Of a stretch of 64,000 bases of DNA, positions 19,576 to 31,900 are shown piece by piece. Source of the stretch: Hyphomicrobiaceae bacterium. GTDB taxonomy: Bacteria; Pseudomonadota; Alphaproteobacteria; Rhizobiales; Hyphomicrobiaceae. How positions within the stretch are numbered: the stretch's first letter is position 1; each line of letters opens with the position of its first letter. The translations under genes were made by a program, and so were the position numbers. The notes below the pieces were generated by a model. The model was not told where the DNA came from, did no database searches, and was given only the letters and a program-made list of their open reading frames with translations. The stretch is from assembly GCA_016793635.1 (NCBI GenBank), contig JAEUMD010000015.1, positions 37,829 through 101,828 on the forward strand. Reading direction: 5' to 3'.

Positions 19576-20658
19576 ATGACCATTGCCAACACCGTCGCTT
19601 CGGGCAACGCATGCCCTCCTGCCGCCGGCGCCATTCCCGCGCTCAACGCGACCGCCGCGCGCGACCTGCCTGTATTCGACGCGGCCCTCGCCGCCGAGAT
19701 GGCCCCGCTCTACGAGCGCGTGCGCCACGTGGTGACGCCGATGGAGTGGCCGCACTACGCGCCGCTCATCAAGGCGATCAACGACCTGAAGAAAGAGCGC
19801 AACGCCGTCATCCTCGCGCATAACTACATGACGCCGGAGATCTTCCACTGCGTCGGCGATTTCCGTGGCGACAGCCTTCAGCTCGCCAAGGAAGCCGCGC
19901 GTACCGATGCCGATGTCATCGTGCAGGCCGGTGTGCACTTCATGGCCGAGACCTCGAAGTTGCTGTCGCCCGACAAGACGGTGCTGATCCCCGACCCCAA
20001 AGCGGGCTGCTCGCTTGCCGAGTCGATTACGGCCGCCGACGTGCGCCTGCTGCGCGAAGCCTATCCCGGTGTTCCGATCGTCACCTACGTCAACACCTCC
20101 GCCGCGGTGAAGGCCGAGTGCGACATTACCTGCACGTCGTCGAATGCGGTGAAGATCGTCGAGAGCCTCGGCGCGCCGCGTGTGCTGCTCATTCCCGACG
20201 AGTACCTGGCGAAATACGTGCAGACCAAAACCAAGGTCGAGATCATCGCCTGGAAGGGGCACTGCGAGGTGCACGAGCGCTTCACCGCGGAAGAGCTCGA
20301 AGCCTATCGCGAAGCCGACCCGGCGACGCGCATCATCGCACACCCCGAGTGCCCGCCCGACGTCATCAAGGTCGCTGACTTCACGGGCTCGACGGCCGCG
20401 ATGATCGACTGGGTGAAGACCAAGCAGCCGCGCAAAGTCGTGCTCGTCACCGAGTGCTCGATGGCGTCGAATGTCGCCGCCGAAGCGCCGAACGTCGAGT
20501 TCGTGCGGCCGTGCAACCTGTGCCCGCACATGAAGCGCATCAGCCTCGAGAAGATCTACGACTCGCTGCGCTTCATGCAGCACGAGGTGCATGTCGATCC
20601 GCAGGTCGCCGAACGCGCGCGCCGCGCTGTCGAGCGCATGGTGAACGCCGCCATCTGA
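19576..20658 (+). CDS. nadA: Quinolinate synthase
   Basis: 360 aa from ATG 19576 with a purine-rich SD (GAAGGGTGGA). Motifs [48 protein letters not shown]. Followed by nadB and nadC. Confidence 0.9.
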   Translation: MTIANTVASGNACPPAAGAIPALNATAARDLPVFDAALAAEMAPLYERVRHVVTPMEWPHYAPLIKAINDLKKERNAVILAHNYMTPEIFHCVGDFRGDSLQLAKEAARTDADVIVQAGVHFMAETSKLLSPDKTVLIPDPKAGCSLAESITAADVRLLREAYPGVPIVTYVNTSAAVKAECDITCTSSNAVKIVESLGAPRVLLIPDEYLAKYVQTKTKVEIIAWKGHCEVHERFTAEELEAYREADPATRIIAHPECPPDVIKVADFTGSTAAMIDWVKTKQPRKVVLVTECSMASNVAAEAPNVEFVRPCNLCPHMKRISLEKIYDSLRFMQHEVHVDPQVAERARRAVERMVNAAI

Positions 20659-20734
20659 GGACTGGTGGCGCGGGGCCGAACGCTCCGCGCCTCTCCCCCG
20701 CGATCAACCTTGGCCGGCAGGCTGGAGACGACCG

Positions 20735-22420
20735 ATGAGAGCTGACGATCTGCGCCTCGACGAGGTGACGTTCCGTCCCGCAAAGGCGAACCAAACGCCC
20801 GGCGACATCGTCATCGTCGGTGCCGGCCTCGCCGGCCTCTTCACCGCGCTCAAGCTGGCGCCTGTGCCGGTCACCGTCGTAGCTGCAGCACCACTCGGCG
20901 AGGGGGCCTCCAGCGTCTGGGCACAGGGTGGCATCGCCGCCGCGGTCGGCGAAGGCGACACAGCCGAGCGCCACGCCGCCGATACCATCGCGGCAGGTGC
21001 GGGCATCGTCGACGAAGCCATCGCACATCTCGTCGCCTCGGAAGCGAGCGGCCGTATCGCCGATCTGCTGCGCTATGGCGTGCCCTTCGATCGCGACCTC
21101 GAAGGCCATTTCGTGTTGTCGCGTGAGGCGGCGCATTCGCGTCATCGCGTAGTTCGCGTGGCGGGAGACCGTGCCGGTGCCGCGATCATGCAGGCACTTA
21201 TCGCCGAAGTCCGCCGCACACCTTCGATCCGACTGCTCGAAGGATACGAGGCCGTCGATCTCATCACCAGCGGCAAGGGCGTCGAGGGCCTCCGGCTGAA
21301 GCGGAATGCGGCACGCGGCAACGGCATCTACGAGTTGCTTCCGGCTCGCGTCGTCGTGTTGGCGACGGGCGGCATCGGCGCGCTCTACCGCACCACCACG
21401 AACCCGGCCTATGCCCGCGGCGAAGCTCTGGCTTTCGCGGCGCGTGCCGGCGCGACCATCGCCGACGCCGAGATGGTGCAGTTCCATCCGACCGCGCTCG
21501 ACGTCGGTGCCGATCCCGCGCCGCTCGCGTCGGAAGCACTGCGTGGAGAAGGCGCGCATCTCGTCAACGCCGATGGGCGCCGCTTCATGGTCGACGTGCA
21601 TCGCGATGCCGAGCTTGCACCGCGCGACATCGTCGCCCGCGCCGTCGCGACCGAAATCGCCGCAGGTGGCCGAGTCTTCCTCGATTGCCGCGAGGCAATC
21701 GGCGCACGGTTCCCCGCGCTATTCCCGACCGTCTATGCGCATTGCCGGGCCGCCGGCATCGACCCCGTGGCGGAACCCATTCCTGTCGCGCCGGCCGAGC
21801 ACTATCACATGGGCGGTATCGCCACCGATGATCGCGGGCGGACCAGCGTCGCCGGCCTCTGGGCGATCGGCGAAGTCGCCTCCACCGGACTGCACGGCGC
21901 CAATCGCCTCGCGTCGAACTCGCTGCTGGAAGCTGTCGTCTTTGGCGCGCGCGCAGCCGACGACATCCGCGCCACCGTCGGCGATGGCAGGGACCTGCGC
22001 GCGGCAGCGTTGCATCCCGTTGGCGGCGAAGCACAGCTCGATCTGGAGCTGCATGACTCGATCGTCGGTGAGCTTCGCGACGCGATGTCAAACGATGTCG
22101 GCGTCGTGCGCAACCGCCGCGGGCTGACCAGCGCGCTCATTCGCCTCGCGGATCTCGCCGAGCAGGCGGAGGGAGATACGCAGCTCGCCAACATGCTGCT
22201 CGCGGCGCGTCTCGTCACTGGCTCTGCACTGCTGCGGACCGAGAGCCGCGGCGGGCATTTCCGCTCCGACTTTCCCGAAGCCGATCCGCGTCAGGCCCAC
22301 CGCAGCTTCATCTCCGTCGCAACTCTCCGGGAGATCGAAGCGGGGGTGGCGGCGAGCGCCGTGGCGCGCATCTCTGAAACTTATCTAGCCTGTGATGCGG
22401 ACCAGCCGTGCGCACCATGA
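20735..22420 (+). CDS. nadB: L-aspartate oxidase
   Basis: 561 aa. FAD fold [42 protein letters not shown] and [15 protein letters not shown] are typical of NadB/succinate-dehydrogenase flavoproteins. Confidence 0.9.
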   Translation: MRADDLRLDEVTFRPAKANQTPGDIVIVGAGLAGLFTALKLAPVPVTVVAAAPLGEGASSVWAQGGIAAAVGEGDTAERHAADTIAAGAGIVDEAIAHLVASEASGRIADLLRYGVPFDRDLEGHFVLSREAAHSRHRVVRVAGDRAGAAIMQALIAEVRRTPSIRLLEGYEAVDLITSGKGVEGLRLKRNAARGNGIYELLPARVVVLATGGIGALYRTTTNPAYARGEALAFAARAGATIADAEMVQFHPTALDVGADPAPLASEALRGEGAHLVNADGRRFMVDVHRDAELAPRDIVARAVATEIAAGGRVFLDCREAIGARFPALFPTVYAHCRAAGIDPVAEPIPVAPAEHYHMGGIATDDRGRTSVAGLWAIGEVASTGLHGANRLASNSLLEAVVFGARAADDIRATVGDGRDLRAAALHPVGGEAQLDLELHDSIVGELRDAMSNDVGVVRNRRGLTSALIRLADLAEQAEGDTQLANMLLAARLVTGSALLRTESRGGHFRSDFPEADPRQAHRSFISVATLREIEAGVAASAVARISETYLACDADQPCAP

Positions 22421-23328
22421 CGACGAGAGAGAGCGCCGTCCCGCCGATGACAGCTCCCGTACAGATGTTGGCCGTCACCCGCCTCGCTCCGCTGCCGGGC
22501 GTGATCGTTCGGCGCGCCGTGCAGGAGGCCCTTGCCGAGGATCTCGGCCTCGTCGGCGACGTGACGACCAACGCTACGATTCCCGCCGATGTCCAAGCGC
22601 GCGCGGTGATCGCTGCGCGCAAGGCGGGCGTCGTCTCGGGCATCGACCTCGCCATCGCCGCATTCCGCGAGATGGATGAGCGCGTCGCCGTCTCCGTAAA
22701 ACTCGCGGATGGCACGGCGGTCGCGGCCGGAGATGTGATCGCCGAGATCTCCGGCCCAGCACGCGCGATCCTGACCGGCGAGCGCGTCGCGCTGAACTTC
22801 ATGGGCCGTATGTCGGGCATCGCGACACTGACACAACGCTATGTGGACGCCATCGCCGGAACCCGAGCGCGAATCGTCGATACCCGCAAGACGACGCCCG
22901 GCCTCAGGGCCTTCGAGAAATACGCCGTGCGGTGCGGCGGTGGCGCTAACCACCGCATCGGCCTGTTCGACGCCGTTCTCATCAAGGACAATCACATTGC
23001 CGCGGCCGGTGGCGTTGGCGCGGCTGTCGCGGCGGCGCGGCGGAACGCCGGCCACATGGTCAAGATCGAGGTCGAAGTCGATACGCTCGACCAGCTCGAG
23101 GTGGTGCTGGGATTTTCAGTCGATGCCGTACTGCTCGACAACATGTCGCCGGACACGTTGCGCAAGGCGGTCGCGATGATCGGCGGGCGGGCGCTCGCGG
23201 AGGCATCGGGCGGCGTCAATCTCGAAACCGTCCGCGCCATCGCCGAGACCGGCGTCGATCTCATCTCGGTCGGCGCCCTGACGCATTCCGCCCCGGTACT
23301 CGATCTCGGGCTCGACTTCCTCGACTGA
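22408..23328 (+). CDS. nadC: Nicotinate-nucleotide diphosphorylase (quinolinate phosphoribosyltransferase)
   Basis: 306 aa. Motifs [50 protein letters not shown]. Overlaps the nadB end by 13 nt (alternative ATG at 22417). Confidence 0.9.
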   Translation: MRTMTTRESAVPPMTAPVQMLAVTRLAPLPGVIVRRAVQEALAEDLGLVGDVTTNATIPADVQARAVIAARKAGVVSGIDLAIAAFREMDERVAVSVKLADGTAVAAGDVIAEISGPARAILTGERVALNFMGRMSGIATLTQRYVDAIAGTRARIVDTRKTTPGLRAFEKYAVRCGGGANHRIGLFDAVLIKDNHIAAAGGVGAAVAAARRNAGHMVKIEVEVDTLDQLEVVLGFSVDAVLLDNMSPDTLRKAVAMIGGRALAEASGGVNLETVRAIAETGVDLISVGALTHSAPVLDLGLDFLD

Positions 23329-23410
23329 TCCTCGATCGGACCGGCTGTCGGGTGTTGGCGAAGCAGCGCGGTCTTGCCACACTTGGCAGTGTATATTGCC
23401 TGGGCAGAGC

Positions 23411-23671
23411 ATGGCGCGCCCGTATGTGGTGCAGTTGGAGGACGCCCCGTTGAACGCCGTCAAGATCATCGCATTCGTTGGCGTCGCCATGATCGTCAGC
23501 GGACTACTCGGCGGCCTCACAGCGGGATTCAAGAACCGCGACGCCTCGTCCTGGGCCGCCTACTGCTTCCTGTTCCCGCCGACGCTTCTGCTACTTCTCC
23601 TGCTGCCGAAGAATACGGGACCTCTGCCGCGCCGGCCCCCGATCGATGCCGAGGACCATCACGACTGGTGA
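23411..23671 (+). CDS. Hypothetical small membrane protein (2 TM)
   Basis: 86 aa from ATG 23411 (MARPYVVQLEDAPLNAVKIIAFVGVAMIVSGLLGGL...WAAYCFLFPPTLLLLLLLP...). No family recognised and the RBS is weak. Confidence 0.4.
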   Translation: MARPYVVQLEDAPLNAVKIIAFVGVAMIVSGLLGGLTAGFKNRDASSWAAYCFLFPPTLLLLLLLPKNTGPLPRRPPIDAEDHHDW

Positions 23672-23704
23672 GCGCGTTATGGGGTATCCCATACGACGAC
23701 AGGC

Positions 23705-24505
23705 TCACCAGCTAACGTCGTCGCCGGCGTCACCAACATTCGCTCCACCACCCGCAATCGCCCGTGCAGCGTAACCGACACCGACCAGATAAAGCCCTGA
23801 CGCGGGCGCGACCACTCCGCACGTACTACGATCACGCGCGGCCAGCGCTCGCGCCATGTCGGACGGGCGCCATTTGCCTTCCCCCACGTACTTGAGGCTG
23901 CCGACCATCGAGCGCACCTGATGGTGCAGGAACGACCTCGCCGATGCAGCGATCTCGATCTCGTCGCCCGACGCCGTGACATCGAGTTGATCGAGCGTGC
24001 GCAATGGCGAGTTGGCTTGGCACTGGGCGGCGCGAAACGTCGTGAAATCGTGACGTCCGATCAGGTGCAGCGCAGCTTCGGCCATGGCACCGGCGTCGAG
24101 GGGCGTCGAAACCCACCAGACCCGCTCGCGATCGAGCACCGGCGGCGCGCGCCGGTTGAGGATGCGATAGAGATAGTGACGCGACGTCGCTGAGAAACGT
24201 GCGTCGAAATCGGCCGCCGCCTCAGCGCATGCGACGACTGCCACCGGATGCGGCCTCAGATGGAAGTTGACCGCGGCGGCGATGCGAAACGGATCGCGCG
24301 GGCGTTCAAGATCGAAATGCGCAACCTGACCGGTGGCGTGCACGCCTGCGTCGGTGCGGCCTGCAGCCCGCAGTGTGACGCGCTCGCCCGAAAAGGCGTG
24401 GATGGCCTCTTCCAACGCCCCCTGCACCGAAACGCCTTCGGCTTGGCGCTGCCAGCCGACGAATGGCGTGCCGTCGTATTCGATGGTGATGCGATAGCGC
24501 GGCAT
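23705..24505 (-). CDS. truA: tRNA pseudouridine(38-40) synthase
   Basis: 266 aa from ATG 24505: [21 protein letters not shown]...[20 protein letters not shown]... includes the catalytic Asp motif. Confidence 0.9.
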   Translation of the reverse strand: MPRYRITIEYDGTPFVGWQRQAEGVSVQGALEEAIHAFSGERVTLRAAGRTDAGVHATGQVAHFDLERPRDPFRIAAAVNFHLRPHPVAVVACAEAAADFDARFSATSRHYLYRILNRRAPPVLDRERVWWVSTPLDAGAMAEAALHLIGRHDFTTFRAAQCQANSPLRTLDQLDVTASGDEIEIAASARSFLHHQVRSMVGSLKYVGEGKWRPSDMARALAARDRSTCGVVAPASGLYLVGVGYAARAIAGGGANVGDAGDDVSW

Positions 24506-24690
24506 CCGCAGGCGTCCGACGAACTCAAATAGAAAAACGGCGCAGCTTCGGCCGCGCCGCACTCCTATCCTCGACCGGGCTTGGCCACAAGCCGCCGCGC
24601 TGTCCGGGTGCCCTGTGCATCCTCGCTAGAACTTGAGCGCGCGAGACGGAAGTGATGCACTCTCATGGGTTAGCGTGACTCTCGCCCCCG

Positions 24691-25098
24691 TCAACGCACG
24701 CCGCGTCCCGGCATTCCGCCGCCGTAGTGCTGGCCGCCATCGCCATTGCCGCGATGGCCGCGACGGCCGTAGCCGTAATAGCCCCCGACGCCATAGACGT
24801 TGCGCGGCGGCGCCTCTTCCTTCGTCTCGGAGCCGTAATTGTAGTTGTAGCGCCGCTCGGTGACGGTGGTTTCGTTGAAGCCGAGGCTCAGCGGCGTGAT
24901 GCCGCCCGGATTGATGATGACGCGCTCGGTCGGCGGCAGCGGGCGGAAAACGCGAACGCCTTCCTCGATGGTGACGACGGCGCCGTAGAACGGGCGCGTC
25001 TCGATCCGCGTCGTGCCGTTGGCGAAAGCGGCGCTGGCGCCAACGGCAAGTGCCGCGACTGCGGCCGCCACGGGAAACATGACCTGCAGGGTACGCAT
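24691..25098 (-). CDS. Hypothetical secreted protein with a Gly/Tyr-rich C-terminus
   Basis: 135 aa. Signal peptide MRTLQVMFPVAAAVAALAVGASAAFA, then a small domain, then a GVGGYYGYGRRGHRGNGDGGQHYGGG tail. No family recognised. Confidence 0.5.
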   Translation of the reverse strand: MRTLQVMFPVAAAVAALAVGASAAFANGTTRIETRPFYGAVVTIEEGVRVFRPLPPTERVIINPGGITPLSLGFNETTVTERRYNYNYGSETKEEAPPRNVYGVGGYYGYGRRGHRGNGDGGQHYGGGMPGRGVR

Positions 25099-25261
25099 GG
25101 AACTAGCCTCCTCACGGGGTCACCGAACACCGGCCCGCCCGAATTGAGGAAAGAGTTTAGCTCTCGTCTGCAGCGACCGATAGGACTTCGTAAACCATGA
25201 TTAACATTGGGGCGCCCGCCGGCGCGAAGCCGCACGCACGTGTCGGCCGTGCTGATTGCCG

Positions 25262-25735
25262 TCATCGGTATTTCGCGGCGCTGATGAACTGGCTGAAGGC
25301 TTCGCACCAAACGACCACCGTCGTGTATGAGCCGACGTCGACACCTGCCGGCACCGGTACCAGGAACCCATCGAAGGTCTTGACGTCGCCGACGCGGGCC
25401 GACTTCTCCTTCACTTTTAGGAAGCCTTCCTTCGTGTCGACGAACTCGGGCGCGAGATAGAGCTTGTAGTCGGGGCCGGGTGCGAGCCGCCCTTCGTGAG
25501 CGATCATGTCGGGCAGAATGCGCACGTCGCCCTCGCCCCAATGGACGAAATCGCTGCCCTTCAAATTGCGATCGAAGCGCCCCTTGTAGACGGCCGCCGC
25601 GTGCGTGGCCTGAAGGGCCGCCTTGTCGGGGCCGGGCGGCGCGGTCAGGATCGGCAGCGCGTAGACGCCGAGCGCAAAGCCGGCTGCGAGCATGAACGCA
25701 TGGGTCGCGAGCAGGATAATCGAGCGCATCGTCAC
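25262..25735 (-). CDS. DM13-domain membrane-anchored protein
   Basis: 157 aa. N-terminal TM anchor, then GRFDRNLKGSDFVHWGEGDVRIL...YKLYLAPEFVD...VVVWCEAFSQFISAA, which resembles the DM13 domain. Confidence 0.55.
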   Translation of the reverse strand: MTMRSIILLATHAFMLAAGFALGVYALPILTAPPGPDKAALQATHAAAVYKGRFDRNLKGSDFVHWGEGDVRILPDMIAHEGRLAPGPDYKLYLAPEFVDTKEGFLKVKEKSARVGDVKTFDGFLVPVPAGVDVGSYTTVVVWCEAFSQFISAAKYR

Positions 25736-25931
25736 CTCCGTGTTTCGTCCCGAAGTAGCCTAACCCACTTGGCGGGAATTACGCGTCGGGCCACCCATAA
25801 CTTCGCTGCAAACCTTCGTGAGCCGAGGCGGTGCAATCGCGCGCTGCACTACTCGAATATCCGCCACATCGCGGCTTTCCGGTCGCTGACTGAGTGCCGT
25901 TCTCGATATCGGGCGCGACCTTTTGCTCGTC

Positions 25932-26867
25932 TCAGGCGATGCGCGTGCCCGACGGGAGCGCAAGCCCGCGCAGCAGCTCGGCCGTTGCGACCGGGCGGCG
26001 CCCGGCGCGCTGCACGAGCACAGGCCGGATGGCGCCGTCACCGCAGGCGATGGTCAGCTCGCCGTCCAGCACCTCGCCCGGAGCGCCGCGACCTCCCGCG
26101 AGCGACGATTTGAGAACCTTGATACGCTCCGGCCGGCCATCGACCATGACCTCGAACCATGCGCCCGGCGATGGTGAAAGCCCACGTATGCGATTGTGGA
26201 CCTCGCTCGCCGATTGGGCGAAGTCGATCCGCGCCTCGGCCTTGTCGATCTTGGCGGCGTAAGTGACGCCTTCGGAGGGCTGCGCAAGCGCAACCGCCGT
26301 TCCGCTTTCCAGCGCCGCGAGCGTTTCCACCAGCAGCGGTGCACCGAGCAACGCGAGCCGGTCGTGCAGCTCGCCGGCCGTCTCGTCTGGCGAAATCGGC
26401 GTGCGCGCCGTCATGAGAACCGGCCCCGTGTCGAGCCCGGCTTCCATCTGCATGGTCATGACGCCCGTCTCGGCGTCGCCCGCCATGATGGCGCGCTGGA
26501 TCGGAGCCGCCCCGCGCCATCGTGGCAGCAGCGAGGCGTGGAGATTGATGCAGCCGAGGCGTGGCGCGGCCAGAACCGGGCGCGGCAGGAGGAGACCGTA
26601 GGCGACGACCACGGCAACGTCGACGCCGTGCGCGGCGAACGCCTGCTGTTCCGCCTCGCCCTTGAGGCTCACCGGGGTCAAAACAGGGAGTCCGTGCTCG
26701 ATGGCGAAGGCATGCACAGGAGAGGGAGTTTCGGCGAGACCTCGACGCCCCGCCGGCCGCGGTGGCTGGGTATACACGCAGCGGACGCGATGACCGGCCG
26801 CAAGCAGTGCGCCGAGCATTGGCACGGAGAATTCGGGCGTGCCCATGAACACGATGTCGAGGCTCAA
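25932..26867 (-). CDS. fmt: Methionyl-tRNA formyltransferase
   Basis: 311 aa. Start taken as TTG 26867 with GGAGG 5 nt upstream, giving (M)[20 protein letters not shown]... Motif [18 protein letters not shown] is present. The track ORF (to 27143) is upstream read-through into def. Confidence 0.9.
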   Translation of the reverse strand: MSLDIVFMGTPEFSVPMLGALLAAGHRVRCVYTQPPRPAGRRGLAETPSPVHAFAIEHGLPVLTPVSLKGEAEQQAFAAHGVDVAVVVAYGLLLPRPVLAAPRLGCINLHASLLPRWRGAAPIQRAIMAGDAETGVMTMQMEAGLDTGPVLMTARTPISPDETAGELHDRLALLGAPLLVETLAALESGTAVALAQPSEGVTYAAKIDKAEARIDFAQSASEVHNRIRGLSPSPGAWFEVMVDGRPERIKVLKSSLAGGRGAPGEVLDGELTIACGDGAIRPVLVQRAGRRPVATAELLRGLALPSGTRIA

Positions 26868-26905
26868 GCTGCCCTCCCCGAGCAGTCGCCCATGCCGGCG
26901 GGCGA

Positions 26906-27421
26906 TCAGATCTTGGCGGAGCGGAGCTGCTTCTTGAACCGCCGAACCACGATGTCCCGCTTCAGGCGCGAAAGGAAATCGATGATAAGGCGGCCGTCGA
27001 GATGATCGACCTCGTGCTGGATCGCCGTTGCCAGCAACCCCGCGGCGTCGAGCTCCTGCGACTTGCCGTAACGATCCACGTAGCGAACGCGCACCGTCGA
27101 TGGCCGGTCGATGTCGACCAGGACGTCGGGGATCGACAGGCACCCTTCCTCATACGGCGCGAGCGTGTCGCCGAGGGATACGATCTCGGGATTGATCATG
27201 ACGAGCGGGTTGCGCGGCTCGTCCTTGTCGGAAACGTCGAGTACGACGAGACGGCGCGGCACGGCGACCTGGATCGCGGCGAGGCCGATGCCAGGAGCGG
27301 CGTACATGGTTTCGAGCATAGAGTCGGCGAGCTGGCGCACCTCGTCGTCGACGCGCTCGATGGGGGCCGATTGCGTACGGAGGAGGGGATCGGGTAGCGT
27401 TATGATAGGTAGCTTCGCCAT
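26906..27421 (-). CDS. def: Peptide deformylase
   Basis: 171 aa from ATG 27421. Motifs [16 protein letters not shown] and QHEVDHLDG are the three PDF signature motifs. Confidence 0.95.
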   Translation of the reverse strand: MAKLPIITLPDPLLRTQSAPIERVDDEVRQLADSMLETMYAAPGIGLAAIQVAVPRRLVVLDVSDKDEPRNPLVMINPEIVSLGDTLAPYEEGCLSIPDVLVDIDRPSTVRVRYVDRYGKSQELDAAGLLATAIQHEVDHLDGRLIIDFLSRLKRDIVVRRFKKQLRSAKI

Positions 27422-27681
27422 GCCGCTGAGATAAGCGCAGAGAAACGGCCGGTCAACCTGGCAAACACAGCGGGCGAGCCCGACGACTGCGGGATGAAAC
27501 GCTGACATTGTTTGCGAGCGATGCGGCAGTCTCGCACCACCACGGCGGCCCCGGCGGTGGAGAAGATCAACTTGGCGCGTGTCCTGCCCACGGCTCGACC
27601 TTGATGGACACCCGGCACGATGCCATCAAGGACGAACTCACCCGCGCGTTCTGGCAGCGCAGGTGAAAGGCGAACCGGGGA

Positions 27682-28830
27682 GTGCCCTTGCTCAAACGTC
27701 GAGAGTTCCTTTTTGCTGCGGCGGGCCTTCTGTCGATCCCCGGCGGCAGTCTCGCGGCGGCTGGGCGAAAGCCCGACGTGCCTGCTCGGGCTCCAGGCGA
27801 GCCGAGCCTGCGCGAGTTGATCGCCGCGGCCCGCTCCTGGGGCTACCAATTGCAGGAGTACGACCTCTCGACCTTGGAAGCGTCGAACGTCGACCTGCTG
27901 GTCATAGACCTATCGATCGCCGGACCGGGCCGCGACCGGCTGACCTCCACCGTGGTTCGCCGGCTGAAGCGCAAGCCCGATGGCAGCCGCCGCATCGTCC
28001 TTTGCTACCTCAGTATCGGCGAGGCGGAGGAGTATCGCGACTACTGGCGCAAGGATTGGATCGAGACAGACGCCGAACTTGCCGAGGTGGCACCAGCCGA
28101 TCCCACGTCGAAGGCCGATCAAAAGGGCTCCGACCGCAAAAACAAGGCGGATACGCCGACGGGTCGCCATTCGCCTCGCGGAGGTGAAGCACACGGCGAT
28201 GCCAGCAAACCGGGGCGCCGCGTCACCGACAAGGCACCGGTTTGGCTCAGCACTGAGAACGAGAGCTGGTCAGGCAATTTCGCCGTGCACTACTGGGACC
28301 CAGGCTGGCAATCCCTCATCGTCGGCAGACCGGGCTGCTACCTCGAGCGCATACTCGACGCGGGGTTCGACGGCGTCTATCTCGATCGCGTCGATGCGTT
28401 CTACGAACATGAGGACGAGCGAACCGACGCGGCCGAGGAGATGGTTGCATTCGTCGCCCGCATCGCGCGCGAGGCTAGAGCGCGCGTGCCAGGCTTTCTG
28501 ATAGTTCCCCAAAACGGAGAGGAGCTGCTCACGAAGCGCGGTTATGTCGGCACGATCGACGCCATCGCCAAGGAAGATCTGCTTTACGGCAGCCCGGCGG
28601 AGGGCATCGCCAACAGCTCGGCCCAGATCTACAACAGCTCGCGTTGGCTATCGCTGGCACAGCAGAGTTCGAAGCCCGTACTCGTGATCGAGTATCTGTC
28701 CGCTCCGGACGAGATCGAAAAGGCACGCGCCGAGCTCGCGAAACGGGGTTTCGTCGCCACGTTCGGACCGCGTATGCTGGACCGAATTTCCCCGCAGGCG
28801 ACAGCGGTGAAGGCGAAATCCGCGCAGTAA
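27682..28830 (+). CDS. Putative glycoside hydrolase, GH114 / TM1410-like (endo-alpha-1,4-polygalactosaminidase family) with Tat-type signal
   Basis: 382 aa. Twin-arginine signal MPLLKRREFLFAAAGLL. Motifs SWGYQLQ...LLVIDLS, VLCYLSIGEAEEYRDYW, HYWDPGWQ, GFDGVYLDRVDAF, LIVPQNG and IAKEDLLYG are typical of PF03537-like TIM barrels. It contains a roughly 60-aa charged low-complexity insertion. Confidence 0.6.
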   Translation: MPLLKRREFLFAAAGLLSIPGGSLAAAGRKPDVPARAPGEPSLRELIAAARSWGYQLQEYDLSTLEASNVDLLVIDLSIAGPGRDRLTSTVVRRLKRKPDGSRRIVLCYLSIGEAEEYRDYWRKDWIETDAELAEVAPADPTSKADQKGSDRKNKADTPTGRHSPRGGEAHGDASKPGRRVTDKAPVWLSTENESWSGNFAVHYWDPGWQSLIVGRPGCYLERILDAGFDGVYLDRVDAFYEHEDERTDAAEEMVAFVARIAREARARVPGFLIVPQNGEELLTKRGYVGTIDAIAKEDLLYGSPAEGIANSSAQIYNSSRWLSLAQQSSKPVLVIEYLSAPDEIEKARAELAKRGFVATFGPRMLDRISPQATAVKAKSAQ

Positions 28831-28999
28831 CCTCAACGGTCGCCCGCACGGCCCAACGAGCCATTCTCGCCGCTGTCCCCGGCAAGTCCTTGAAGTACGG
28901 CAAGTCCTCGAAGGTCCGGCCGATTGGATGGCATCCATTGGCTTGTCAGGGACGCCCCGTCCTCGATGCACCCCGATTGTGACGCGGGCGATCGTAAAC

Positions 29000-31900
29000 T
29001 CAACTCTCGGTCGGCTCCTTACGCCGCGCGCCCGGCACTGGCGGCGGTTCGGGTGGCGCTATGCCCGCGAGCTTTGCCAGCGATGCCGCGATACCCGGAG
29101 GGAGCGTCGAGAAATCGGGCTGGGGTTGCGGCGGGCGCACGCGTGGTGGTGAGGGACGTGGCTTCGAGGCCGTCCGGGCGGGTTGCGCATTTGGCGGCAC
29201 CGCAGGCGGCACAGCCGGTTGCGCCACCGGGGGGATGGTCGGCGGTGTGGTGCGCGGCTCGTTGGGCCTTTCCGCAGCAGGTGGCGGGCTCGGCTCGTTG
29301 GCGTGTGGCGGGCTGGACTGGCCATTGGCCGCGCCCGCCGTTGTTGACGGAGGAACGGGCGGCGGCTGGATCGGGGGAGCGCTCGCCATCACGGCTGAAG
29401 CAGAGGGAGGCGGAGCGTTGGGCGCAGTCCAGCCCTCCGGCTTAGCCGGCGTATTCGCGAACGGTTGGCCTGTCTCGTGCGGCAACCCCTGCGGCGCCGA
29501 GACGCGCGCTTGCGGCATCGCCTGCGGTTGCGCGAAGGGCGGCGGTGCCACCGGCGGCGGCATCGGCTGAGCCGGCGGCCGGAGGGGCTCGGTGCGCTGC
29601 GCCGGCGGTTCGGGCTGACGTTGCGGCATCGGCCGCTGCCGTGTCCGCAGCGTGGGGGGAGTTGCCTGCGCAGGCGCGCCCGCTTCGGCGGCAAGCGGAG
29701 GCGGTGTACCGCGCGGCCGCTCGGCCTGTCCGCGGGGTGGCGAGGCGCCATTGGCGTCCGGGTGGCCGGCGCCGTTGAGCGGTGACGGCATTGGCGTCCC
29801 GGCGTCGCGCGACTCCGGCATGGCACCAGGCGAGGCCGCGGCTTCCGCCTGATTGACGCCGCTGGTAGCCGCCGCCTGCGCCTCGGCCTCACGCTTGCGC
29901 TTCTTACGCGAGGAGCGCTGCTTGGTTTTGAAGAAGCCGTGCGTCTGTAGCTTGCGCTCTGACTTACGAATGATGCGCAAGAGCTGCGTCACGTCGCGAT
30001 CGGCCATCGGCTCGCCGTAGTAGAAGCCCTGCGCGAACTCGCAGCCGATGGCGCGCAGGAACACGACGTCGTCAGGGGCCTCGATGCCCTCCGCTATCGC
30101 CTTCTTGCCGAGCTCGTGCGCCAGCGCCACCATCGCGCGCACGACGCTGGACCCCGCCTCGTTTCCGCCGGTACCGCTACGCACGAGCGAGCGATCGATC
30201 TTGAACGTCTCGCAGGCCAGGCGCTGGAGGTAGGTGAGCGAGGAGTAACCCGCGCCGAAATCGTCGAGGACCACCTCGGCCCCCGCCCCGCGAACGAGAT
30301 CAAGTATGGAAACCGCGTGTTCGGGGTTCTCCATGACGATCGCTTCGGAAACCTCGAGCCGCAGCGTGCCTTTTGCGATCATCGTCACCGCGAGCAGGTG
30401 GCGCACTTCCTGGGCGAGCTCCGAGCGCAGCATCTCCGTGCTCGCGACATCGACGTTGACGAACAGATGATCCTCCGGACGCGGCAGTTCCTTTTGCCAC
30501 TGCGCCGCAGCCTCTACCGCGCGCGAGAGCGCCATCGAGCCGATCTTGCGAACGTACTCTGCGTCGGCGGCGGAGGTGAGGATGGCGGCGGGGTTGAGCA
30601 TGCCCAGCTTGGGATGCTCGAAGCGGATCATCGCTTCGAAGCCCGCCAGCTCCTCCGTCGGCAGGTAGACGATCGGCTGGAACAGCATCTTGAGCTGGCC
30701 CTTGTCTACGGCCTTGCGCACCATCCCCTCGATGCCCGAATCGTCCTCGACCTCGCCACGCAGCTCCGGCCTGAAGATTTCGATCCGGTCGGTTCCGCCA
30801 CGCTTGGCTCGGAACATCGCGATCTCGGCTTCGCGCAGGAAATCCTCCGACGAGGTCTCGCCACCTTCGTAGACGGCGATGCCGAGCGAAACCGTCAGCA
30901 CCACTTCCTGGCTGGCGATGTGGATGGGCGAGCGCAGGCTGCGGCGCACCCGCTCCGCAAGGGCCGCGAGTTCACGCGACTCCTGCTCCTCCACGAACAG
31001 GATCGCGAACTGATCGCCACCGACTCGCGCCAGCGTGTCAAACGGGCCGAGGTGACGTTGCAGGCGTCGCGCGACGGTGATGAGAACGCTGTCGCCGACG
31101 TTGAGACCAAGCGTTGCGTTGACGCTTTTGAACTTGTCGATGTCGATGAAGAATACCGTCGGCCGCACGCGGGAATCCGACTTGCTGCGCGCCATGACGG
31201 TTGCCAGCCGGTCGAGCAGCAGCGAGCGGTTTGGCACGCCGGTGAGACTGCAACGCACAGCGTCGTGAAGCAGCCGCTCGTGCGCGATCTTCACGTCGGT
31301 GACATCACGCATCAGGCCGATGCAGCGCACCGTCCGGCGGTCGCTGGTCGGCACCGATGCGGCCTCGAGCTCGAACCACCTGTAGGTGTTGTCGGCGTGG
31401 CGCATACGGAAATCGGCGCGGATTTTGCCGCCGGCGCGTTCCTGCACGCTCCACAACATCAGGCGGAAGCGCTCGCGATCGGCCGAGTGGACGTGCTGGA
31501 GAAACTCGTCGACCTTGACGTTGAGCTCGCCCGCGTTCAGCCCGAGGAGCTCCTCGACCAGCGTGCCCGTCTTGATCTCGTCGCGCCGGCTCGACCATTC
31601 CCAAACCGCAGAGCGCGCGCCATCGACGGCAATGGCGCGCAACTGGCTGTCTCCTGCCGAAAGTCCAGCGACTGGATCGATGGAGCGGAATGCGAACTGT
31701 GTCACCGTGAACGCAATCAGCAGCACCACCATCACGAGGCCGGCCATCAGCGCGGAAACAAACACGTCTCCGGGCAAGCGCCCCGTCAGCGTCACCGCGG
31801 CAAGGAAGATCCAGATGAGGAACAGTATCCAAGTCGGCACGAGATGCAGCGCGCGGTCCTGGCCGCGTATTGCGAGGAACAGCGTCACGACGGCGCCGAT

